This document shows positions 30,769 to 37,919 of a DNA stretch of 64,000 nt, one piece after another. A program made the position numbers and the translations under genes. The stretch is from Alphaproteobacteria bacterium (lineage in GTDB: Bacteria; Pseudomonadota; Alphaproteobacteria; RF32; CAG-239): positions 72,736 through 136,735 of the forward strand of contig SUUJ01000001.1 in NCBI GenBank assembly GCA_015062585.1, given 5' to 3'. Below the pieces are notes generated by a model. It was not told where the DNA came from and did not search any database. It worked only from the letters and a program-made list of their open reading frames with translations. Each line of letters opens with the position of its first letter. Within the stretch, counting starts at the first letter, position 1.

Positions 30769-32721
30769 TTTAGCTACTTTTATATCTTTTGCTTTTGCAA
30801 AATCTTTTCCGAAGTCTCGATCTATTTTGGCAACGAGCTTGTCAAAGTTTTTCAAATTATTTCCGCTCAAATTTTCACCCGTAGAAGCTTTAATGGTGCG
30901 GGGATTAACACGGCGTCCGTTTTGAATTACCTCATAATGCAAGTGAGGACCGGTAGAGCGGCCTGTTGAACCGACATAAGCAATGATTTGTCCTTGTGTT
31001 ACGCGAACACCCGGGCGAATTCCTTGAGCAAAGCGTGACATATGACCATAAGCCGTAGAAAACTCGGAATTATGACGGATTTTAATGTAGTTGCCGTAAG
31101 AGCCGTTATATTTTGCCACTTGAACAACACCATCACCACCGGCATAAATAGGTGTACCGGAAGCAGCCGCATAATCAACGCCCCAGTGAATTTTATATTT
31201 TTTCAATACAGGGTGGAAGCGTTTACCGAAAGGTGATGATATACGGGCATTTTTATTAGCCAATGGTTTGCGGTCCAAGATTTTTTTCAAAGCTCTTCCC
31301 TTATCGGTATAGTAATCAACTTTTCCATTAGAATCCTTAAAGCGATAGAGGCCGATTTTTTGATTTTTCAAAATCAAACCGGCATAAATAATGTTGCCGC
31401 TTTTTACTAAAGTTCCATCAGGAATTATTTGACTCTCATAGACAATTTCGAATCTGTCACCTTTTTTAATGTCACGTTTAAAATCAACCGAGTAAGAGAA
31501 CAAATTGATAAAGTTGCTGACAACCCTCATCGGAATGCCTTTTTTATTCATGACCGAAGAAAGGTTACCGTCAATTATACCGCTGACAGAGTTAATTTCA
31601 TCAATAAATTCTTGTTTTTCAATATGTGTTTCAAATACGCCGTTGTTATTTGCAGTAATAATGCGCTCGCCGGCATTTTGTTCAATCATCAAATAATTTA
31701 TGTCTTTAACCTCTTGAGACTGATTGTCAATTGCTACATTGATTTTTATTTTTTGACCGGCTTTCAAGTTTCTCGGATCATAATGTTCTTTAAGTGAGTA
31801 ATATATATCATTGGCAATTTCACGAGTGGCACCGGCCTTTTTTAACAAAGAAATAAGAGTGTCACCACTTTCTAAAGTAAGTTCTTTTTCTTCATTTTTG
31901 CTTTTGAGCAAGTTATCTACCATATCAAACATTTCTTTTATACTGTTAGATGTTTCATCTACAACATCAATTGATTCGCCTTCGATATTTTGATTGATAG
32001 AGTCTTCGACAATAAGATATGAAAAGTAGTCTTGATTATCAATAGAGGCTTCCACGCGGTTGTTATGAGCTAAAGAAAGTACAAAAGCAATAAATACAGC
32101 CGAAAAATAACAAGTGTTAATTATTCTTTGTTTATGTCTGTATTTTATCTTGAAAGTGAAATTATACTTTTGTCTTAGAGCTTTAATTCGTCCTTTTAAT
32201 AATTTTACCTCATTTTTCATCAAAACAGTAATATTTGCTAACAACTTAAGCTTATTTTTTATCAGGATTAAAACATTCGGTAATTGCTTAAGCAACAGTT
32301 TGGATTTATTTTTGGTTGAAATAAGGAACTCTAATAATGATTTAATCAATGCCTTAAATTTATTTGCAATAAGGATAATGAAATCTGACAATAGTTTAAA
32401 TAAATTGTTCATCAACAATCTGATTTTATTCAGTAATAATTTGCAATTATCCTTTAAGCAGTTGACTTTGTCTTCTAATCTGAAGTTGTCCTTCAATAAT
32501 TTGAATTTATCTTTTAATAAAGCAAAATGATTCTTCAGCATCATAAACTTATTTAATAACAAGCCTGATTTTGCTGTTATCATGTTGATTTTGTCACTTA
32601 ATTCAAAATTTAGTTTTAATTTCAATGTTTTAATCCTATTCAACCGAGTTTGAGTGAATATAGCAAAAATCCCTAGTAAAATAAAGGTTTTAAAGGGGTA
32701 ATGTGCATAACTTAGACACAT
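30763..32721 (-). CDS. M23 (LytM) family metallopeptidase with long N-terminal heptad-repeat region and one TM segment
   Basis: C-terminal 'HWGVDYAA..GTPIYAGGDG' and 'GSTGRSTGPHLHYEV' M23 motifs. TM 'CYFSAVFIAFVLSLA'. N-terminal ~190 aa of KLLKDNF-type heptads. True start uncertain (could be an internal Met before the TM). Confidence 0.7.
   Translation of the reverse strand: MCLSYAHYPFKTFILLGIFAIFTQTRLNRIKTLKLKLNFELSDKINMITAKSGLLLNKFMMLKNHFALLKDKFKLLKDNFRLEDKVNCLKDNCKLLLNKIRLLMNNLFKLLSDFIILIANKFKALIKSLLEFLISTKNKSKLLLKQLPNVLILIKNKLKLLANITVLMKNEVKLLKGRIKALRQKYNFTFKIKYRHKQRIINTCYFSAVFIAFVLSLAHNNRVEASIDNQDYFSYLIVEDSINQNIEGESIDVVDETSNSIKEMFDMVDNLLKSKNEEKELTLESGDTLISLLKKAGATREIANDIYYSLKEHYDPRNLKAGQKIKINVAIDNQSQEVKDINYLMIEQNAGERIITANNNGVFETHIEKQEFIDEINSVSGIIDGNLSSVMNKKGIPMRVVSNFINLFSYSVDFKRDIKKGDRFEIVYESQIIPDGTLVKSGNIIYAGLILKNQKIGLYRFKDSNGKVDYYTDKGRALKKILDRKPLANKNARISSPFGKRFHPVLKKYKIHWGVDYAAASGTPIYAGGDGVVQVAKYNGSYGNYIKIRHNSEFSTAYGHMSRFAQGIRPGVRVTQGQIIAYVGSTGRSTGPHLHYEVIQNGRRVNPRTIKASTGENLSGNNLKNFDKLVAKIDRDFGKDFAKAKDIKVAKK
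32100..32650 (-). repeat. imperfect 21-nt tandem repeats (encode Leu/Lys/Asn heptads) in the 5' part of the M23 peptidase gene
   Basis: Successive units such as AAATTATTGAAGGACAACTTC / AGATTAGAAGACAAAGTCAAC / TGCTTAAAGGATAATTGCAAA read on the minus strand. Confidence 0.55.
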
Positions 32722-32819
32722 TATAAAACAAAAAAGTGAATAAATTATAAAAAAATGTAAAAAATGAAAAAAAATACTTGCAATTATAATTTTTGTTGTT
32801 TATAAGATAATTCGTCCTT

Positions 32820-32896
32820 GGGGGTGTAGCTCAGCTGGTTAGAGCGTCTGCCTGTCACGCAGAAGGTCGCGGGTTCGAGCCCCGTCACTCCCGCCA
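32820..32896 (+). tRNA. tRNA-Asp (GTC)
   Basis: Cloverleaf folded by hand. Acceptor GGGGGTG/CACTCCC, D-arm GCTC-AGCTGGTTA-GAGC, anticodon loop CTGTCAC, T-arm GCGGG-TTCGAGC-CCCGT, discriminator G, CCA encoded. Near-identical to E. coli tRNA-Asp. Confidence 0.9.
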
Positions 32897-32935
32897 TTAA
32901 AAAAACCGCCTATAATGGCGGTTTTTTTTAATGGC
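32897..32935 (+). terminator. rho-independent terminator after tRNA-Asp
   Basis: aaaaaaaccgccta-taat-ggcggtttttttt. Confidence 0.7.
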
Positions 32936-33150
32936 TTGGAAGTGCGAGCTTGAAGTAAGCGACCTTGGTCGCGGGCATCAAGCTAAAAACAACCTCAAAA
33001 TGTTGTTTTTAGTGCAGATGGCGAAGTTTTGTTAATGAGTAAGCGAGATAAATCGAAGCGAAACGAATATTACAAAACGAGTGACCGAAGCGAGTTAGCG
33101 AGGGACGAGCTTATGAGCAAGAAGAGCTCCGTCACTCCTCCGCGACACCA
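32936..33150. ncRNA. GC-rich structured non-coding segment (candidate small RNA or att remnant)
   Basis: GC content visibly higher than the surroundings. Nested hairpins (agcttga..gcgacc-ttg-ggtcgc..tcaagct; gagct..agctc). 10-nt copy of the tRNA-Asp 3' end (ccgtcactcc) at ~33125. No ORF. Confidence 0.3.
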
Positions 33151-33283
33151 CATTTTGATAGTAATAATTATATTAACTTGTCGTTTTTTTTGCCTATTTT
33201 ACTTATGATAAACCATTTATTAACCATTAGTATCTATAACTGCAATCACAGAAACGTAATAATTAATTTTTAGGAGAACTATA

Positions 33284-33625
33284 ATGTACAAATTTAATGA
33301 AGATGCTATTCGTGAAGCAGCATACTATATATGGAAAAACAACGGCTGTCAGGCCAATACAAGCTTAAGTGATTGGGATGCCGCAATCAGTCAATTGTCT
33401 GCTCAAGCTTCATTTAATTTAAAGGCTCCTAAAAAAGCATCTTCTTTGAAAGTGTTGATGCCAAAGAAAAAAGAAGTAAAACCGGCAAGCTTCAGAAGTG
33501 CAAAATCAATCATTTTGAAACCTGCAACTGATGTTAAAGTAAAAGCGTCTGCTAAAAAGACTATTGTTCTTAAAGCAAGCAATTCAAACAAAAAAACTAC
33601 TGTAAAATCAAAAAAATCTAAATAG
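33284..33625 (+). CDS. DUF2934-like N-terminal domain fused to Lys/Ala-rich histone H1-like tail
   Basis: 'IREAAYYIWKNNGCQANTSLSDWDAAISQL' fits the DUF2934 pattern (IRxxAYxxWxxxG...DWxxAE). C-terminal ~70 aa KKA/KAS repeats. Confidence 0.5.
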   Translation: MYKFNEDAIREAAYYIWKNNGCQANTSLSDWDAAISQLSAQASFNLKAPKKASSLKVLMPKKKEVKPASFRSAKSIILKPATDVKVKASAKKTIVLKASNSNKKTTVKSKKSK

Positions 33626-33641
33626 TTTACAGATTTTTACC

Positions 33642-33677
33642 AAAAAAACGACCGAATTATTTTCGGCCGTTTTTTTT
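33642..33677. terminator. bidirectional terminator
   Basis: aaaaaacgaccgaa-ttatt-ttcggccgttttttt between convergent genes. Confidence 0.65.
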
Positions 33678-34106
33678 ATGTCCGAATGCAAAATATTTAA
33701 GTAAAATATAGCCTGTAACAGTAGTGCAAGCGGTACCTATTATTTGGGCGATATAGGCATTTATATTGCAATAAGTAACCAAAATTTCTAAAACTATGGC
33801 GTTTATAATATAAGATGTTACCCAAACACCCAAACATTTGACATATTCTTTAAGCCAATCAATAGGTCTTCCCTTTGTGCAAAAAACAAATATTTTTTGC
33901 GTGGCAAAAGAGGACATAGAAGAGATAAACCACGACAATATAAGAGCTGCTTGAAAATTTTCTTCTCCGCCAAAATACAAAAAACAGACATAAAGCAAAT
34001 ATTGTACCGACGCATTGAACCCGCCGACAAGCAAGAATCTTATTTTGTCGGGTAAAGTGAACCAAAAATTCCAAATTTTCCAAAACAATTTTATAAAATA
34101 GCCCAT
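33657..34106 (-). CDS. GtrA-family small membrane protein (polysaccharide/glycosylation-associated)
   Basis: 149 aa, 4 TM. 'RFLLVGGFNASVQYLLYVCF' matches the GtrA N-terminal motif. Confidence 0.6.
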   Translation of the reverse strand: MGYFIKLFWKIWNFWFTLPDKIRFLLVGGFNASVQYLLYVCFLYFGGEENFQAALILSWFISSMSSFATQKIFVFCTKGRPIDWLKEYVKCLGVWVTSYIINAIVLEILVTYCNINAYIAQIIGTACTTVTGYILLKYFAFGHKKNGRK

Positions 34107-34108
34107 TT

Positions 34109-35320
34109 TTAACTCTTTAAGTCTACAAGCAAAGAAATCATTTCATCATTAACCGTCAAGCTTTGAGCGTTAAGGCTGTATGCTCGTTGAACCGTAATCA
34201 TTCTGGCAAATTCTTCTTCCAAGTTCACAGTTGACGATTCCAGAGCTTGCGGAACTATAATGCCGTCAGGGTCAATGTAATATTCATTGCCTACTTCTCC
34301 GGTAGTTTCAAACAATGTGGTATTATAAGGGGAAAGATTTTCCGGTGCGGTAAATCCTGCTATTGCAAGTTTGGCAATAGCCAACTCTGTGTCATTCGAA
34401 TATCTTGCGCTAAGTACTCCGTTGTCATTAAAGCCCATAGCTATTAAATGTCCTGATGAAGCGCCATTTTGTTGGATGTTGACTATTTCAGAGTTTATAC
34501 CCAATTGTGTCATTTCTGAAATATCGACAGTCACATTACTCGAACTTCCGTCATCCCAGTTCAATGTAACATCAAGATTTTCCGGTGTCATAATCTTTCC
34601 GTCGGTGTTAAATGTTACGGTCTTGTCATTACATACGGCTGTTCCGTCATCTAAGGTCAGTGAAAGATTCCACATATTGTGTTGTCCCTCAACACGATCA
34701 AATATCAAATTGAGGTTAGAACCGTCATAATTTTCAGAATAAATATGAACGCTGTATATACTTTTATCAACTTCTTTGGCCGGCAAATTTGCAATAATCG
34801 AAGCCTTTGTAGTGGGTCTCTGAGCAATAGTGTTCGGTGCATCAATCATAATATCTGACGGAGTGTTGGCAAATTCAAATTCACCGTTTATCGCCTTAAA
34901 TCCTTGAACAAACAAACCTCCTGAAGATACCAAATAAGCATTACCGTCTTGGGCTGATTTTTTAAAATCACCGGCACGAGTATAAAAATAATTACCATAA
35001 CCGTCATGCAACTTATAAAATGCATTAGAATTACCGTTTATAGCAACATCAAAAGTATTGCCGGTTGCTTTGGTCACACCTTCAATATCTATGTTTGTTC
35101 TGTTAAAAGAATCTACACCGGTAATATCTGCACGGGACGAGTGTAAACCGCTCTGTGATCCGACATTCATGCCCGACGAACCCAACAGTGTATAAAACAG
35201 GGTTTGTCGTTGTTTGTATCCGGTTGTGTTCATATTTACAATGTTTTGCGCGACGCTTTCTTGCGCTTTGCTCATTGCGTTCATTCCCGAAACCGAAGGT
35301 ATAAAACTTGCCAGCGTCAT
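34109..35320 (-). CDS. flgE: flagellar hook protein FlgE
   Basis: N-terminal 'SGMNAMSKAQESVAQNIVNMNTTGYK' and C-terminal 'ALESSTVNLEEEFARMITVQRAYSLNAQSLTVNDEM' flagellar rod/hook family motifs. 403 aa. Confidence 0.8.
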   Translation of the reverse strand: MTLASFIPSVSGMNAMSKAQESVAQNIVNMNTTGYKQRQTLFYTLLGSSGMNVGSQSGLHSSRADITGVDSFNRTNIDIEGVTKATGNTFDVAINGNSNAFYKLHDGYGNYFYTRAGDFKKSAQDGNAYLVSSGGLFVQGFKAINGEFEFANTPSDIMIDAPNTIAQRPTTKASIIANLPAKEVDKSIYSVHIYSENYDGSNLNLIFDRVEGQHNMWNLSLTLDDGTAVCNDKTVTFNTDGKIMTPENLDVTLNWDDGSSSNVTVDISEMTQLGINSEIVNIQQNGASSGHLIAMGFNDNGVLSARYSNDTELAIAKLAIAGFTAPENLSPYNTTLFETTGEVGNEYYIDPDGIIVPQALESSTVNLEEEFARMITVQRAYSLNAQSLTVNDEMISLLVDLKS

Positions 35321-35373
35321 TTTTTTGCCTCATATTTAAATCAACCCACAGAGTTATATGCAAAAAATATGCC

Positions 35374-35399
35374 AAAAAAACCGCCTGTTTATCAGGCGG
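35374..35399 (-). terminator. rho-independent terminator after the bactofilin gene
   Basis: ccgcctgataaacaggcgg hairpin followed by T7 on the minus strand. Confidence 0.6.
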
Positions 35400-35420
35400 C
35401 GGAATAAAGCTTTTATTATA

Positions 35421-35876
35421 TTAGGCTGATTTATTATTTTTTCTTTTATCAACTAACATCAAATCAGGCTTTGGCGCTTCGGCCGGAATAGGGTCACCTT
35501 GACGCATGCAATGACCATCAATATAAGCGCCTGGCTCAATTGCAATAGTATTATGAATAGCATCACCGACAAGTTTGGCTGATTTTGCTACAAACAGGTT
35601 GTCAACCAAAGCTTTTCCTTTCAAGGAACCGTATAATTGCAGATTATTTGTGCTAACTGCACCGAAGACACTGCCTTTTATACCGATAATAAGTTCATCA
35701 CAAGATACATCTCCTTCAACACTTCCGTCAATGTGAATAATGCCATCACTAAAAATATTACCGATTACTTTGGTGTTTTCACTCACAATGCTGGGAACCG
35801 GAGCTCCGGTAGTGCTCCTGCTTAAACGACGGGCAAGTTTAATATAGATAAGTCTTTTAAGTTTTTTTACAAACAT
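35421..35876 (-). CDS. bactofilin (CcmA-like polymer-forming cytoskeletal protein)
   Basis: Beta-helical repeat pattern 'IIHIDGSVEGDVSCDELIIGIKGSVFGAVSTNNLQLYGSLKGKA' typical of DUF583/bactofilin. Confidence 0.7.
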   Translation of the reverse strand: MFVKKLKRLIYIKLARRLSRSTTGAPVPSIVSENTKVIGNIFSDGIIHIDGSVEGDVSCDELIIGIKGSVFGAVSTNNLQLYGSLKGKALVDNLFVAKSAKLVGDAIHNTIAIEPGAYIDGHCMRQGDPIPAEAPKPDLMLVDKRKNNKSA

Positions 35877-35890
35877 CTTAATTATCCTTT

Positions 35891-37087
35891 TTATAGTTTA
35901 ATTTGCATAAATGGCATCGGATCCACAGGATGTCCTCGGTACAATATTTCATAGTGTAGGTGAGGGCCGGTAGAACGACCTGTATTACCGACCTCGCCGA
36001 TATCATCACCGGCTTCCAGATAATCACCTTTTTTAACATAAATAACATGCATATGAGCATATTTTGTTGAAAAACCGTTTCCGTGATCGATTTCAACCAA
36101 ATTTCCATATCCTTTATTCGAAATAAGGGTGCGAGTGACTCTGCCTTTTGCCTGAACTTTTATCTTGTTTCCGGTTCGTGAGGCAAGGTCAACACCTTTA
36201 TGACCGGCTTTTTTACTATTGAACGGATCATCTCTTACACCAAATTTTGAGCTGACCCAATAGCTCCATATCGGTTTGCCGAAAGGAACAGTTTTAGATA
36301 CTTCGCGATAATACTCCAAGTCGTCAACAGCTTTATATATGCTGCTTATTTTATTTATAATAGCTTTATCGCGTAAATCAGACATTGAATCCGGAATATA
36401 GTTACCACCTTTAGAATCTCGTTTTTTCGAGTTTGCCAACGGATTAAAGTAAAGGCCTTTCCTCTGAAGAGAGCCATTAGCCTTTGAAAAAGCGCTTTTT
36501 AATTTGTTCACTTCTTTAGCAACAATGGTTTCAACTTTGTTAAATACCTCAATTTCGGCCTTTTTAATATTGTAAACAGCCACTTCAAGCTCTTTTAACT
36601 GGTCTTTCAAGGCATCGCGTTCGGCAGCAGCCAAATCTCTTTGCAAAACCAATTCGTTAATATCAGCTCTATCGTTAATTTTTTTGTTATCTGTTATATT
36701 TTTGTCATGAGTAATTTGTTTTAGCTTATTTTCGACTTTTTGTGCCTTGGTCTTATCCATAGAGGTCAAAACTTCATCAATATTTTTTTGAATAGCCACA
36801 AAATCACTCATCAAGTCTTCGTAAGCGTCACGAGTTTGCAAAAGCTCGATATCTTTGCCTAAAATGATTTTACCGGATTTGTTATACATGTGATAGGAAT
36901 AAAAAGACCAAAAAGACAGCAAAAGCACAAACATCAATATCAAAAATTGTGTTTTTGATGAAAATTTGAATACCATAGCCTTGCCGGAACCTCTGAAGAT
37001 TATTTCTTTTTCAGAGAAAAAAGGCTTTTTTTCGGTATAATGCGGCGAATATTTGCGCTTTAGTTTAATTTTGTTCCTATATTTCAT
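35891..37087 (-). CDS. M23 peptidase with N-terminal TM and periplasmic coiled coil (EnvC/Csd1-like)
   Basis: 'GHKGVDLASRTGNKIKVQAKGRV' and 'GNTGRSTGPHLHYEI' motifs. Coiled-coil middle region. Confidence 0.75.
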   Translation of the reverse strand: MKYRNKIKLKRKYSPHYTEKKPFFSEKEIIFRGSGKAMVFKFSSKTQFLILMFVLLLSFWSFYSYHMYNKSGKIILGKDIELLQTRDAYEDLMSDFVAIQKNIDEVLTSMDKTKAQKVENKLKQITHDKNITDNKKINDRADINELVLQRDLAAAERDALKDQLKELEVAVYNIKKAEIEVFNKVETIVAKEVNKLKSAFSKANGSLQRKGLYFNPLANSKKRDSKGGNYIPDSMSDLRDKAIINKISSIYKAVDDLEYYREVSKTVPFGKPIWSYWVSSKFGVRDDPFNSKKAGHKGVDLASRTGNKIKVQAKGRVTRTLISNKGYGNLVEIDHGNGFSTKYAHMHVIYVKKGDYLEAGDDIGEVGNTGRSTGPHLHYEILYRGHPVDPMPFMQIKL

Positions 37088-37306
37088 ACAATAGAACCGT
37101 TTGTTGTTACTACCTAAAAAGCTATATCAAAAAAAATACAAAAAATAAACTTATTTTTAAAAAGTTATCCAAAAGGGGATTTAAAATTAAGCTTAAACAA
37201 TAAGTTAGCGTTGTGGTTATATTGTTATTTTTTGCCGGAGTCAACAAAATTTTGTAGTATGAAGGTCTTTATACCGATATTTTCACTGTTTTATAAGGAC
37301 TTTAAT

Positions 37307-37894
37307 ATGATTTACGGATATTGCAGAATAAGTACAACTCATCAGCAAGTTTGCAATCAAAGTCATGAAATTCAAGCATTTGCTGATAAAAAAGGAATAA
37401 AAATTGACCAATGGATTGAAGAAATAATTTCTTCCAGAGAAGCTTTAGCCAATCGCAAACTTGGAAAAATATTAAAAAAATTAAGAAGGGGCGATATTTT
37501 GATTGCTACCGAGCTTTCGCGTTTGGGAAGAAATTTGCTTGAGGTAATGGGGATATTACAACAATGTCTTGAAAAAGATTGTCAAATATGGACCTTGAAG
37601 GAAAATTATCGACTGGGAGCAGATATTCAATCAAAAGTTTTGGCTTTTGCTTTTGGTTTGGCTGGTGAAATAGAGCGCCAATTGATATCCGAGCGCACCA
37701 AAAACTCGCTCCAAAGATTAAAAGATGAGGGCAAACACCTGGGAAGACCTTATGGTAAAACCTACAAAAAGCTAGAAAAAAAACACAGCGAGATAAAAAA
37801 ATTATTGAATAATAATGTTTCAAAGGCTGAAATTGCCAGGCTTATGAATTGCACCTGGCAAACTCTGCATAGGTATGTGAAAAAGGAGTTATGA
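37307..37894 (+). CDS. serine recombinase (resolvase/DNA-invertase family)
   Basis: 'MIYGYCRISTTHQQ' N-terminal catalytic-Ser motif, ~196 aa, C-terminal HTH 'SKAEIARLMNCTWQTLHRYV'. ORF-track N-terminal extension rejected. Confidence 0.75.
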   Translation: MIYGYCRISTTHQQVCNQSHEIQAFADKKGIKIDQWIEEIISSREALANRKLGKILKKLRRGDILIATELSRLGRNLLEVMGILQQCLEKDCQIWTLKENYRLGADIQSKVLAFAFGLAGEIERQLISERTKNSLQRLKDEGKHLGRPYGKTYKKLEKKHSEIKKLLNNNVSKAEIARLMNCTWQTLHRYVKKEL

Positions 37895-37919
37895 TTTAAA
37901 TATATTATCTAATTGAATT

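Larger units (their letters stand above)
14862..32721. mobile_element. podovirus-like prophage or phage-derived cluster (repressor-packaging-head-tail fibres-lysis); boundaries approximate
   Basis: Contiguous phage gene set. No integrase, replication or tail-tube/tape-measure genes detected. Ends ~100 bp before tRNA-Asp. Confidence 0.7.

Noticed and set aside
30739-30969. 76-aa plus-strand ORF after the spanin genes
   Set aside because: Lies antisense within the 3' end of the M23 peptidase gene, past the bidirectional terminator.
31042-32530. Plus-strand ORFs (31042-31236, 31429-31797, 31811-31993, 32114-32530) inside the M23 peptidase gene
   Set aside because: Antisense artefacts. The 32114-32530 one merely mirrors the heptad tandem repeats.
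32936-33150. Possible tmRNA or permuted two-piece ssrA next to tRNA-Asp
   Set aside because: No tRNA-like T-arm (GGTTCGA..TCC) or Ala-ending tag reading frame could be found. Kept only as an unclassified structured non-coding segment.
32700-33300. Tyrosine integrase / att core expected next to the tRNA
   Set aside because: No integrase-like ORF (no R..HxxR..Y motif protein) within several kb of tRNA-Asp on either side. The only recombinase is the serine-type gene at 37307.
37211-37306. N-terminal 32-aa extension of the recombinase ORF (MWLYCYFLPE..)
   Set aside because: Serine recombinases start at the catalytic-Ser motif. The extension is hydrophobic junk without an RBS, so the start was placed at MIYGYCRIST.
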